Shown here: piece after piece, positions 48,861 to 60,845 of the stretch
Numbering within the stretch: position 1 is the first letter of the stretch
Layout: each line of letters starts with the position of its first letter
Assembly (NCBI GenBank): GCA_013239625.1
Contig: MU057344.1
Location: 9,398,727 to 9,462,726 of the forward strand
Length of the DNA: 64,000 bases
Origin: Lama guanicoe
Lineage: Eukaryota
Direction: 5' to 3'
Made by a program: the position numbers and the translations under genes
The notes under the pieces: generated by a model
Database searches by the model: none
Told to the model about the DNA's origin: nothing
What the model saw: the letters and a program-made list of their open reading frames with translations, nothing else

Positions 48861-49535
48861 ATCTTTTTCTTAGAATTTTTATTAATTTTTAAATTAATTT
48901 ATTTTTATTTTTTTTTAGTTGAGGTCTAGTCAGTTTACTATGTTGTGTCAGTGTCTGGTGTACAGCAGAATGTTTCAGTCATCCATATACATTCATGTAT
49001 TCTTTTTCATATTCTTTTTCATGATAGGTTACTACAAGATATTGAACATAGTTCCCTGTGCTGTACAGTAGAAACTTGTTGTTTATCTATTTTATATATA
49101 GTAGTTAGGATTTGTAAATCTTGAACTCCCAACGTATCCCTTCCCAGCCCCTTTCCCCCCGGTAACCATAATTTTGTTCTCTATGTCTGTGAATCTGTTT
49201 CTGTTTTGTAAATAAGTTCATTTGTGTCCTTTTTAAAGATTTCACATATAAGTGATATCGTATGGTATTTTTCTTTCTCCTTCTGACTTAATTCACTTAG
49301 AACAACAATCTCCATGTTGCTGCAAATGGCATTATTTTACTCTTTTTTATGGCTGAGTAGTATTCCATATACCACAGCTTCTTTATGTATTCATCTCTCA
49401 ATGCGCATTTGGGCTGTTTCCATGTCCTGGCTATTGTAAATAGTGCTGCTATGAATGCTGAGGTGCATGTATCTTTTCAAATTTGAGTTTCCTCCAGATA
49501 TATGCCTAAGAATGAGATTGCTGGATCTTATGGTA
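48861..49535 (-). mobile_element. Young 5'-truncated LINE-1 (artiodactyl/camelid type)
   Basis: T-rich tail then antisense 3'UTR; TSD TTGACTTAGA (48851-48860 and 49536-49545). Confidence 0.92.
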
Positions 49536-50084
49536 TTGACTTAGACGCTGACTCATCCTCAGCTACCCTGTGGATATGTTTCTTGTCCACCAGTTGGACA
49601 GCTTCCATTTCTCTGTGTCAGGATAACTTATGAGCTCTTTGGAATTTCTTTGTGCATGAATTTAAATGGACAGTGAGGAAGTTCCCTATGGTGGCTTAAT
49701 TGGCAAAACCCACCCTCATTCTCTGCTGGATCATGTTTTACCTAACTCTCACTTGATGGTGGCATTCTCAGATGCCATACAAATACTCGGTACTTTATAC
49801 CACTTGCCTAGACAGCGAGTACCAGAGTTATCATCGCCAGGAACGCGGTCTAACTAGCTTAAAATTTAGAGTTGCAGGTGCTGTCTCTGAAGGTGGCTGT
49901 CAGGCAGGACGGTCCCACCATTAGCCTTCAGGGCTTCTGTTCCTTACCATACTTGTCAGGTTTTTTTGTTTTGTTTTGTTTTCCCCTGCTGAGATAATAG
50001 CCTAATTTACATTGATTAAAAAAAAAAGATTTATTACAGGCACAACGACTGTTGTTTGTGCCTGGAGGTGAAGGTTTAGGTTGA

Positions 50085-50500
50085 ATCAGCTTCATCCATT
50101 TACCTATCTGTCTGTTCGTTCAATAAGCATCATGGAAAGCTGACTTTGGTGCTTCATGCTGGTCAGTCTGATGAATGGTGTGGTTCCTGCCCCCAGAGGA
50201 ATTCACTTTCTAGGCCATGGTTGTACTGCTTCTATCTGCTTGCTTAATATTTGTAATCACTCACTCACTCACTCATTTACCCATTCACTTCCTTTCCTCT
50301 CCTCTCCCACATCATTAGCTACTATCCCTGTGTAGATGTTGCAATGTGTTTTCGATTCTTCGCTTGGCCTTCACAACTAATTATCAGCAGATAATTACTG
50401 AGCTCCAAGCATAATGTGGGCACCATGCAAGAGCTTGAGAATACAGTATTAAGCCAACAGCACGATCCCCACCCTGTTGGTCTTCTGTTAACATTGCACA
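50085..50500 (-). mobile_element. LINE-2 3' remnants with (TCAC)n
   Basis: gttcgttcaataagcat...ggttcctgcccccagaggaattcactttctagg; cactcactcactcactcatt; attactgagctcc. Confidence 0.5.
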
Positions 50501-52331
50501 GGTGTCCGTCCATGCTATTCTTGCCCTCTGGGAAATGAGGTTCAAAAATCACGACTGCTACAATCACAATCAGCCTAAATTGTTTCAGTTTCCTCTTGCT
50601 TCCAAGAAGGGAAATTTAAAGTTGCATAAAAATTCCCCTTAAACACAGAAGTTTGGGGGTACTGTTTCCATAGGAAAATCACTGCAGAGCTATCCAGGTA
50701 GGATTGTCTGGCTGATCACAATCCTGATGCTGGTCAGCATTACAACAGCAGTGATGTAAACAATACAGCTACACAAACAAGGCAGCAGGCAGCTATGACT
50801 GAATGCCATGTAGCCCTTCTGCCTCTAAAGATCTGTAGGGAAGGAAGTGGGATGGGAAGAAGATAAGAGGAATCTTTTTAAGCGCCGTGGATAATCAAGA
50901 GTGGTTTTTTTTTTTTCTCCAGCGCCTCTTAACTATATGCCCATGTCTCCTTCAATCTGTCACGATAAAACATCTCATTTTAGTAGACATATGACAAGGA
51001 AGCAATCACTGTTAATCAGAATGACACACTTCCACTTGCTTTATGGAGGAGAAGGTGGATGAAGGTCATGAATAAGAAAACAAAGCGGCTTATGGCTCGT
51101 GCTGTTTGGGGTTACTTTTGAAATTCATTTCCTTAGGAAGTTCGTATAATCCATCGTTTTCTTCTCTCAGCTTCATTCATCCAAATTGCTGGAAGACCTT
51201 GTCAGTGGAGACGGAAAATATTTTGTCTTCTCTCCTAAGTAGAGAAATAGGTTAATTTCCTCTGGGTTCCTTGACAAATTTAGGCCTTGAAGGTGTAAAA
51301 TCTCAGAATTTCCGGCTCCAGCTGTCTCTTTGGGGGTACCAATTCCATCCTCCGTGTGATAAGATTATACCTGCCAGGTTAACGTTCCGGCTGGTCACAG
51401 CCATGCCGGTGGGAAACGGGGAGAGAAGTGGACTGGAGGCTAATGCTTTATCAGAAACAGACGTCAAGAGCCTCTTCCCACTCTCCCCTTGTGGCATCTT
51501 AACACGTGTAACGATGTACGTGCCTGGCAATAACCAGGGCCTGGCTGCAGCTTTACCTTTCTTGGACATCACCTTTCATAGAGGAGCACATACATCTTCC
51601 TGCTTTTGTTCCAGGGTTGGAGTAGGGGAGGGTGGTGGTGGTGGTGAATCATTCAGGAGGCCTAGCTTTTGACTTCACGGCCAAACATTTGTAGAACCTT
51701 CTAGAAATCAGTATGATACCTCGTTGTGCTATGGAATATTATCTGGCTGGTAGGGTATCTGGCCCCCAAAATTAAAATAAATTTGTGAAATAGAGGAAAT
51801 CACGGCATTGTGGATCAAATACAGATCTCTCAAGACGGGTGTGAGGTTGTTTATTCTGAAATCAAGGGTTGGCACTTTTCAAGTGACAGATTTGGCCTTT
51901 GACTCAGCCAAGGTCACAGTGCCCACGGTATTGTGAGTTTGCAAATGTCATGATGCCGAAGTGTATTGGGATAATTTTATGAGCTTGTATTTAGCCTGTC
52001 CAGAGCCTTTTCTTCTCGTTGTGGTCATCATCATCATCATTATTTAAACTGGGGAAGTTAAAATACTGTTAAGCCAACTACAGAGATATAAGGAGAACTC
52101 TAAAGGGTATGCAGGGCTGAGGAAAACTGCCAGGGAAGAACAAACGTGGAAGGTGGGCGCCTCCCCCATGCTGGGGTTCAACCTGTGTGGGAGAAGGTGT
52201 GGTTGCAGGCACTGGGTGCAAGAGAAGTTCTCAGGGTGGCCAAGGGAAGAGCTGGTCCACAGTCAACAGGAAAGTTAGAAACAACCTTCTCGGGCATGGA
52301 AAGCTTGTTCTCTTGTTATTGTGCAGAAACA

Positions 52332-52342
52332 AAGATGGCGGC
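52332..52342 (+). promoter_or_regulatory. YY1 consensus site
   Basis: AAGATGGCGGC, an exact long YY1 consensus with its CpG intact, in non-repeat sequence. Confidence 0.35.
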
Positions 52343-53399
52343 GTGGAATGGTTGCTTAGCAGCAAGCTCTCGTGGCTATGCTCCCTTCCTGAGCTTTGCA
52401 AATATCCAACTGTTAACAGGCTTTTTCCTGGCACAGGCTGTGAGCCCAGTGCCAATGCCTGAGGAACTTACGTGGGGGCTCTTTGGGGTCTGCATGAAGC
52501 CAAATTTTACAAACCCTGTCATCGGCAAGCTACTTGACCGGGATCCCACATGGTGCCGCTTGATGCTGGCTCTCCCACAATGTGCGTTTCCGGCCCATGC
52601 TCCTTTTGTTGTGGCCGAACTCTGTAATCTGCCATGATAATTTTCTTTTTGTATATTCCCCTCCTTTGTGTTCTTTGGTCAGTCCTTTTTTTAAAAATTT
52701 TCCTAAGAAAAAAAATCTCCAAAATTTGAATGTTCTCCCAAATTGATATGCTTTTTCCAAATGTTAGGCCAAATTTGACAGGAAATTGTGTTTAAATTAC
52801 TGTTAAAAATTCTTTGAACTGATTTTTCAGATAATACAAGAAACTTGGCCTTGAAACTGATCCAAAATGAAAATCTCTGGACTAGTTAAGACGATTTGCA
52901 TAGGAGGGAACCATTATTGATTTGGTGGGAGGGAGCAAAAGGTGGGGGGATGTTTATAAACCACCTGATGGAACCTAAGACCCATGGTCCTTGGCCAGGT
53001 ACTGAAACCAAGAACTTAAAAGCACCAGGACCTCCTGTCTGCCTTTTATTTATGCTTCTTACAAAATATCTGACCATTTCCTCTTCTTCTAGAGAAAGGA
53101 TATGGCTGGCCCACAGCATCTGCATTTACAATTTTTTTTAAATCAAGTGACCAGCACAAACTGCACTAAAATCTTGTTGATTTCTGAGAATCGGTTTGAA
53201 GTTCACTGAAGCAAGGCTTTCATTGGTCCAGCTTAGCCGTTTGTCCAGCGTGGATCTAATCTGCTATAAGCAGGTCAGAGGGACAGGCTCATATTTAGTA
53301 CAAACAAAATAGTTGGGAGCCCACACTGGTGGACAAGGGAGGCAATTCATGTGAGGTAGGAAGACATCCTGGAACGGATCCTCCACAAACACAGAGGGA

Positions 53400-54050
53400 T
53401 TGCATGTGCCATTCAGAATTTATGATAGCTGGGGCATGGGCACTGACTTCCTGAAACAAGATATACGACCTTTTTGTATTTTAGTAAGGCAGGCTTTAAA
53501 ATATATATATACTTCCATGGGCAGATTTTTTTTTTTAGAGACTCCAGGGTTGAATGACTGTCAAAAATGAATTTCTGACACCCCAACTGCCGATGCTTTT
53601 GATGTGAAAGTCAAGAGGTATCTTGATGCAATACCCAGGATGCATGCAACAAGTTCAGACTTAATAAGGATAAAAGGAGGAGGACGTAGTCAAGGATAAA
53701 TGTAAGCCTGGGACGAACGGGAAGAAAGGCAGACTGAAGCACAGAACGAAGAGCAGAAACGTGCTAAAAGCAACCTCAAGAAATACTGTTTGGGTTTTAA
53801 AGGTTGTACTAAATCAAACAAAGAAGAGTAAAAGATTCTAAGGAAAACCCAAAGAAATATCATTTAGCTTTTAATGGTTCTACTGGGAGCAAGAAGATAA
53901 AAATGGAAGAGGATACCTACCTTTTGGATCTAACTGAGTAATGCCAACAGATGCTAGAGAAAACGTGGCTTTGCTTAATCTGTTTGGGATTTTCTTTTCT
54001 CTGTCAAGGAAAAAGAAGAGCATATGGAGGTTAGAACTAAACTGGATGTC
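53400..54050 (+). mobile_element. L3/CR1 LINE remnant
   Basis: tcagaatttatgatagc...gaagcacagaacga...tgctaaaagcaac...ggagcaagaag...taatgccaacagatgctagagaaaa...ttctctgtcaagga resembles L3 ORF2. Confidence 0.65.
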
Positions 54051-54214
54051 CTAGTTAAAGGCTGAAAGAGCCTACCCAAGCTAGCTAAGTAAAGGTGGTT
54101 ACAAGAATGCTACAAAAATCTCCCAAGCTGAAGAGAGGGAAACCAAGTACAGCCAGATCTCAGGAGAACGAGAAAGAAAGATGCTAACACAAATGACTGC
54201 CCTTTCCAGGTCTC

Positions 54215-55320
54215 GGGGAAAAGTGCTTTGACCTATTGGACCCAACTCTCCCGTTTTATAACATATTTTTATAACATCCCTTTTCTTATCTTGGAATGAA
54301 CTTCACAGATTATTTTAAAATGAAATTAATATAATGCCCCAACTAAAAAATAAGAGAGGATTATAAGGAAATTGATTTATCTAAAGCAAAGCTTAAGCTT
54401 TAGTTTAATATATGAGCAGTCAGACAGAAGAAAGAAGTAATGAAGCAGCCACACATTTGCACCTGTATGTGTAAATCACCATAGATGGAACAACTTCAAA
54501 TATAAACTGAGAAAGTCAGATTGCACTGGCAACATGGTTTTTCCGAAGAATGGGTCTTTCAGGTTTTTTTATTGCAGTATAACAAATCAAAATTCAGTGG
54601 CCCCCAACAATCATTTTATGATGCTCTTGGATCCAATGGGTCAGGAGTTCAGAAAGAGCACAGTGAGAATTGCTCTTCCCTGCTCTGTGATGTCTCTGGG
54701 ACTTCAGCTGGGAGGACCACAGTGGCTGGCCCTGGAGTAGCTGAAGCTGAAAGGAATCACTTCCAGCATGGCTATACCTCACTCACTTGCCTGGCTTCTG
54801 GGCCGGGAGGTTGAAGGGAGGACTGCCTACAAGTGGTGACCCCGAGTAACATTTTATTACTTAGCCTTGAGAGTTACACAGCATCATTTCTACTATATCT
54901 CCGTCAAAGCAGTCCTGTGGGGTGGGGCTGGAAGGTGGGGGCAGGGGGTGTGAAGACATGGATCCCACCTCTTGATGGAAGGGCTGGCAAAGAATGTGCA
55001 GTCATGTTTGAAGCCACCACCGTGACTGGCTGTGAGCACATTTCCAACGAATCAAACTGTGGCCTTTCTTTGAATTACACATCAACTGCATTCCTGGGAA
55101 ATTCTGTATTAAAACCTTATAAATATGTTATGTGTATATGTAACATGGAGTCAGATTTTAGGCTTGACTGTTACGCACATTGTCCAGCAGAACTTTTGAA
55201 AGTTGTGCAGAACACAGGATGCTTCCTTGCTGTGCACAAGTCTCCTGCACATCACAGGATTCTGTGTCTCCTTGGCGTGTGACCACTAAATGTCAGGACT
55301 GTCACTGTGGTCATTTATCT
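54215..55320. mobile_element. hAT-Charlie element (MER20B/Charlie24-like), split by an MLT1 insertion
   Basis: Pieces flank the LTR; actgcattcctgggaaattc...tcctgcacatcacagga...ccactaaatgtcag. Confidence 0.5.
54555..55022 (-). mobile_element. MaLR LTR (MLT1F/H-like)
   Basis: tattgcagtataacaaatc...atgggtcaggagttcagaaagagcacag...cccacctcttgatggaagg...gccaccac. Confidence 0.8.
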
Positions 55321-55436
55321 TTCTCCTGCAAACCGGCTCCCTCTGCTTACTCAGTAAATTGCTTGTGGACCAAAATGGTGTTCTCAGCCCCGAAGCTACA
55401 AGCCTTTCAGCTTCTCTCTCCCATTCAGCTGGGTTC

Positions 55437-55556
55437 AGATGATGGTGGTGGTGGTGGTGTTGATGGTGAGGATGGTATTTATGTTGGCGATGATGCTGAT
55501 GACCACAATTATATTAACATCAGTGATGATGATGGTGATGATGATGACAGTGACTG
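55437..55556 (+). repeat. Degenerate (GAT/GGT)n trinucleotide repeat at a MIR tail
   Basis: gatgatggtggtggtggtggtgttgatggtgaggatgg...gatgatgatggtgatgatgatgac. Confidence 0.85.
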
Positions 55557-55760
55557 CAGCAGCTAACGTTACCAAGTGCTTCCGTTTCACCAGGGACCAT
55601 TTGTTATGCGCCATTTCACTGTACGCTGACAAAAACCCTAAGGCTGGTATCATTGTCTTTGTTTTTCAGATGAAGAAACTAAGGCTTAGAAAGCTTAGAC
55701 AATCTATACAAGATCACAAAGCTAGAAACTGGGGAGCCAGGAGGTTCAATTTTTCTCTCA
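55557..55760 (-). mobile_element. MIR SINE
   Basis: gcagctaacgttaccaagtgctt...tttttcagatgaagaaactaaggcttaga...aagatcacaaagctag. Confidence 0.8.
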
Positions 55761-57264
55761 GGGCCCTGGACAGCTCCAGATAACACTGGGACTCCATCCA
55801 ATCAGCCTTGGCTGAGGGGAAAGAAGTGGTGTCCTGTGTGTTACTGGGAGCGGTTCCTTCAGAAGAGGACAGGCAGGCACAATGACCAGCATCTCTGGTG
55901 TAATGAACAAGAGGAAATTGAAGTTCAAAAAAGATGTGGAAATTGTAAAAGAACCTTAGCCGCTCGCCTGGACCAGATAAATTTCCTCCTAGACTCTGAG
56001 AGAAGATGGCAGAATCACTATGCATAATCTTTGGGAATCCTGGAAAATAAAGTAAACATCGTTCTAATTTTGAACAAAAGGAAAAAGGTGGAGCTTTTCA
56101 ACTTTAGCCTGATGAAAACTTCTAGATCACGTTATGAGAAAAGAAGCCATTCCGGTCTATTTGTTGTTGCCTGACCGAGGAGGTCTTTGCACAGTTTTTT
56201 TCATACCATTAGGTGGGCCAAGTATCCCTGCCCAGACCGCCCTCTTTGCGTTCACTGGTCCACGTTTCCAGAACTGCACTCAGGGTTTTATCCACGTGAC
56301 TCACAGTTACATGCCAGCAGAAGGGCTTTGAAGATCTGTGATTCAGCTGAAGAAAATGCAAAGCCTTAGAAATGTTCTGTGCACCCGCATAGCTACTAAT
56401 GAGCTGCCTTCATTTAGCAGGAAAATAGTTTATAAGCTCTATTTTGTATGATCTTTAAAAATGGGAAAAAATAAAATTGCACCATGAACTGTAAAAAGAC
56501 AGGAAAGAGAAATAGCTTACCATTTCTTAATTCAATTGCACCCCGCTGGATTTCTCTCTTAGCTTTTTTTTCCCTCCAAACAAAACAAATTTATAACATA
56601 AATGCTTTTCTGGCCCGTAACATATCTTGCTTTAACATTGCAGATCTGTTTTATAAATGTGTGTTTATAAAAGTCTTTGAGTGCTTCTTGGAAATACACC
56701 AGCATCTTTAGAAATAAGTGTTATCATGGTGTTGTTCTCTGAATTTAAAAAAACAGACTGAATATAACATATTTGATGCCCATGTAACATATTTTATATA
56801 AAAATATGGTCATATTGGTGGGGGAAAAATGCAAAAGATGAACAGATGTAAAGAAAATTCATACTCCTGTTTGCTTTCGGACCATTAATTCTGTGGCAAA
56901 CAATGTCTCTAATGTTTTGTGTTTTCCTCGAGTAGTATTTTCACAGCATATACACATATCTTCTTCATACAAGGGCCCCCTAATGATGTCCTCGGCTGTG
57001 TCTCAGTTGTCCTTTGGATCCTTCCAGTATCCAAGCCCTGGACAAGAGTCAAGTCCATGAGGAATGCCAACCTTAGTTTCTGAGATTTCCTGCCCTGGGG
57101 AAGGAAGAAATATCCACCCAGGGAGATGTTCTGAAAAAACTGACTGTCTCTCCAAAGAGCATTAGAGCCTCAGGGATGCAGAGGACCTTTTTGGCTATGT
57201 AATGCTCACCTCTAGCTTGTAGCTGACCACGCTAGTCTAGTATGCAAAATATAAAGAAAGGTCA

Positions 57265-57385
57265 AACGGTAGGTTGGAAAGAGCCTGTGGCAGAATCAGA
57301 AAACGTGGGTCTGAGTCCCAGCTCTGCAGTCTCATACGGATGGCTCGAATCCTCAGTTGATCCATTGGTGAGATGAAGAATTCAG
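57265..57385 (+). mobile_element. MIR SINE 5' part
   Basis: ttggaaagagc...gaatcagaaaacgtgggtctgagtcccagctctgc. Confidence 0.7.
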
Positions 57386-57489
57386 ATCCTAGGTGTTCTC
57401 CCACACCACCCGGTTATAACGCTGGTTACCTGTGTCCAGGGCACCAGCCATGACTTAGAAACTGGTTTATCAGCAGCCGTTTAATTCCG

Positions 57490-57640
57490 TCTGGGGAAGC
57501 TAGGGCAATGCTAACTCTCATAATAGATAATTACCCAAACATCACTGGCTTCGCATGGCAAGAGTTTATTTCATAGGCATATATGGTCTCACTAGGTACC
57601 CTGACCCGCGGGTAGCTTTCCCTCCTGACTCAGGAGTTCA
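57490..57640 (-). mobile_element. MLT1J/K-like LTR fragment
   Basis: agctagggcaatgctaactctcataatagataa...actggcttcgcatggcaagagtttatttc. Confidence 0.55.
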
Positions 57641-58589
57641 GGCTCCTCTTGTTTACTGACCTTGTGTATTCAGTACTCATTCTGAGGGTGTCGGCTTCGC
57701 TTTGGGGAAGGGTCTGGAGGCTGGCTTGTGTTGTCAGTATTCGTTGATCGGTGCTGACACACCAGGTATCTCTGGTTATAGTCAAATGCAATGAAACTTG
57801 ACATTTCAGGTAGTTTGGTGACTGTGCGTGTATGTCCATCTAGGGGTGGCTTGGAGAGAGGACATTTCTAGCAGACCTTTTGAAATATTGAAAATAGTTG
57901 GTGAATTATTTTTTCATTCTTTGTTAGGTTTCGTTAGCCTCTTGACAAAGCACGTGGGAACTCCGTCCCCTGTTGCTCGTCCCTGGTACGCAGGACGCAA
58001 AACAGCCTGTCCCGCTTTCTGGGTTCTTAGGGATTGAGAGAGGAGGTCTTGAGGTCTCGCTCGAATCCAGCGATATCCCTTCCGTTTCTGATTCTGACAT
58101 TCCGGCGTTCTCTCTGAGCTGGCTGTTCACACAGGGCTTTATCCTAGCTGATACAGAGCTGAGGTGCAACGGTCCCTTCTTCACGGCAGTATCCAAAACA
58201 TTTCTCTCTGGCTTGGAAGATTGTTGTATATCCTCCCAGTTCTCTGCCTACGCCTGCCAGGTGCTCTTAATTGTTGCTTGATTTTTTTTCTCTTGTGTCA
58301 CTATTTCATTTTCTTCGATAGTACATCTAATTTAAAGGAAACAAGGATACTTATACATAAAAAAATTTTAAATACTCATCTCAGACTCCTATCAATTATA
58401 AAGAAAAAGCTAGGTAATGGGTATAACATGCAAGTGTGATCACCATTTTTAGCGGAAAGAACTTTTATTAGAGATAAAGGGAAAACGTAAAAGAACGAAG
58501 TTTCTTTCCTATTTGGAATACTTGATTTTTTCCCCTATAGTTTTAACAGTGGGGCTAAATTTTTGAGGGCCTGTGTATACCTAGTAAGC

Positions 58590-58800
58590 AACATAGAACA
58601 GTGAAATGAGATCCAGGTTTGCAGTCACATCTGTGTTTTCCAAGACGCCCTACTTCTCTGGTCTCAGTGTCCTCAAGTGTAAAGGGACAGTGGTAGCACT
58701 TGGTTGCTAATTTGGCATTGACTTTTTGAAGAATAAATAAAGTAAATTATAAAGCATACAGCAAATGGCCTGGTACGTGATAGTTGCTTGCTGAAGAATC
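58590..58800 (+). mobile_element. MIR SINE
   Basis: acttctctggtctcagtgtcctcaagtgtaaaggg...taaagcatacagcaaatggcctggtac. Confidence 0.6.
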
Positions 58801-58983
58801 AGTTCCTGACCTCCTGACACGTCTGGTGGAGTTGCCAAGCCAAAACAGGCTGAGTCTCTGCCTTCAAAGATCCCGCAATCCAACAGAGGACCCAGAGGCA
58901 GGAACCTCTGTCCCGTTGGTCAGTGGTCCTAATAATACAAATGCAGCTCCACTTGCCCAACTTACGTGCTTTTAAATTACTGG

Positions 58984-59079
58984 TGAGAAAGCCTTCACTA
59001 AGTGTCTTTTGTATACAGAGCCCTACCCTGCTGAGAAAGCCTTCACTAAGTGTCTTTTGTATACAGAGCCCTTCCCTGC
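58984..59079 (+). repeat. 48-bp tandem duplication, 2 copies, 1 mismatch
   Basis: tgagaaagccttcactaagtgtcttttgtatacagagccct(a/t)ccctgc at 58984-59031 and 59032-59079. Confidence 0.97.
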
Positions 59080-60334
59080 TTGCTCTGCAAAAAGGGAAAC
59101 TAAATTGAAGACTTGGTACCTGATCTTAAGGAGTTTGGGTGGGACCAATCCTAGAATTTTTAGGATCCAGCTCCCTGCCTGACTTCCATTTTGCCTTCAT
59201 CTGGCTTTATCTGGGTGAGGGAGGAATCATGGGTCCTCAGGGTTCTCTGAAGCCTCCAGGTCTTTCCATGACTTGGTATATAGTCCTGTCTGACTTCTAT
59301 CCCACAAGAGAGAAGGAAGGGTTTCCCACCGCCCTTTCTGGCTCAGGATCTGCCACCTGAGTCTTCGTCTTCTGTACTAGGCTTGACTTCTTCTGAAGAT
59401 AACCAAGAAGAGGTTACCTCTTCTTCCCTTCCACCCCCCATGAGGGTATAGCTATGCTCAGCACATTTCCCCAAATGTAGATCTTGATGCATGGGATGAA
59501 AACAGACTAGAAAACACCTTGCTCAGCTTCATCCAGCCCCCTTCCAGGTGCTTTTCGTCAAGGATTCAATAGTTGGGGGCTAGTCCCACCCACTGTCCTA
59601 TTTTATAATGATATTAAGTATTAACACTAGGAATTATTATTAAAATAATGTGAAAGAAACAAAATAAGCGATAACATATGAACAACAAAAATAATAAATA
59701 GAGGGAAGTGTCTGAAGTTAAGACACCAAGTGTTATCAGAAAATATCTTTTTCTGTTTTGCAATATTTCCCTCCCTGGGTTAGTGCTGGGTGGGGACCTT
59801 TTTTAAGAATCCATTTCAAAAGAGAAGGAGTGGGGATGTGAACATGTTTGGAGGCCTTTAACAACTCACTCACTGATCTTTAGGTGTTGTTCTTGTCCCT
59901 GAAATGAAAGCTGGGTTCAGGAGAGAAGAAACAGAGAGGAGGAAATGTTAATGACTCTCTGGAGTGATCTGGACTGAAGGGCTAGTGTATTTCCCCATTA
60001 ACATGACTGTTAGCTGAGGAGTGAGCCAGGTCCAGAGAGCCCCTGAGTACCAATTGCTTAGGAAACTAATTGCAAAGAGCTCTGACCTTTTGCTTTGAAT
60101 CATTTTCTAGTCCCAGGAAATCATTGCAGGCATTCACTGGTCTTTGGCCTCTTCCATTTCCAAATCCACTTGGAGAGCTCTGTTTGCAGAAACTTTTCTC
60201 TGAATATTTTCAATTTAGTGGTGCCCTCTCCCTGGCAGTGAGGGAGGATGCTCTGTTAGCAGGCAGCATAAATTACCCGTGAAAGTGTTGACCGTAGAAT
60301 GGATTGGTGTAATCAATATAATAAAATAACTCAA

Positions 60335-60440
60335 GCAGATAATCCATTTGACAAACATTTATTAAGTACCTACTGAGTGTGAGACCGTGGGGATATGAAG
60401 ATGGATACAGCATTCTGGGCTTCTTGCAACCCTCCTGGCA
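60335..60440 (-). mobile_element. LINE-2 3' end
   Basis: atccatttgacaaacatttattaagtacctactgagtg...ggggatatgaagatg. Confidence 0.7.
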
Positions 60441-60709
60441 GCTCATGGTTGACTGAGCCAGAACCGAGGGCGACCGTGAACTCCATAGGGTCTGTAACGT
60501 CAATGGCGAGGCGGGAGAAGCCGGGATGGGAATCTGGTTGTGCCACGTGCAAGTTGCGTGACACAGGCTGTGGGAATAAATTCTGCCTCAAACAGTTCTT
60601 TTTTTCCCCAGCTTACAAAGTTGAATACTGAGCTCATTAATTTTTCCCTCTCCTCCTTTTCACACATGCAGAGTTAAGGGTCTACATGTCTCTCTCTGGC
60701 AGCCTCCAT

Positions 60710-60845
60710 ATTTTTAAAAATAATACTTTTTATCAGCTTTGTTAAGATGTGATTCACATCCCTACCATTCAGGGCACTCATTTAAAGTGTACAACTCAGT
60801 TGTGTTGCGTATAGTCAGAGTCGCACGGCCATCGGCACAATCAGC
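60710..60845 (-). mobile_element. L1MB extreme 3' end
   Basis: cagctttgttaagatgtgattcacat...catttaaagtgtacaactcag. Confidence 0.7.

Noticed and set aside
50905-50995. Alternative acceptor ttttttctccAG at 50921-50922
   Set aside because: A bare poly-T tract with an upstream AG close by and an unconvincing peptide; weaker than the 51170 acceptor, though not formally excluded
54388-54401. 14-bp perfect palindrome AAAGCTTAAGCTTT, and other 6-8-bp stems (4427-4442, 22381-22402)
   Set aside because: Lengths expected by chance in 64 kb
55435-55783. Met/Val-rich or Asp/Gly-rich ORFs
   Set aside because: Translations of a (GAT/GGT)n repeat plus a MIR
58984-59079. CRISPR-like repeats (also 36207-36308)
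   Set aside because: Only two directly abutting copies with no spacers, in mammalian DNA
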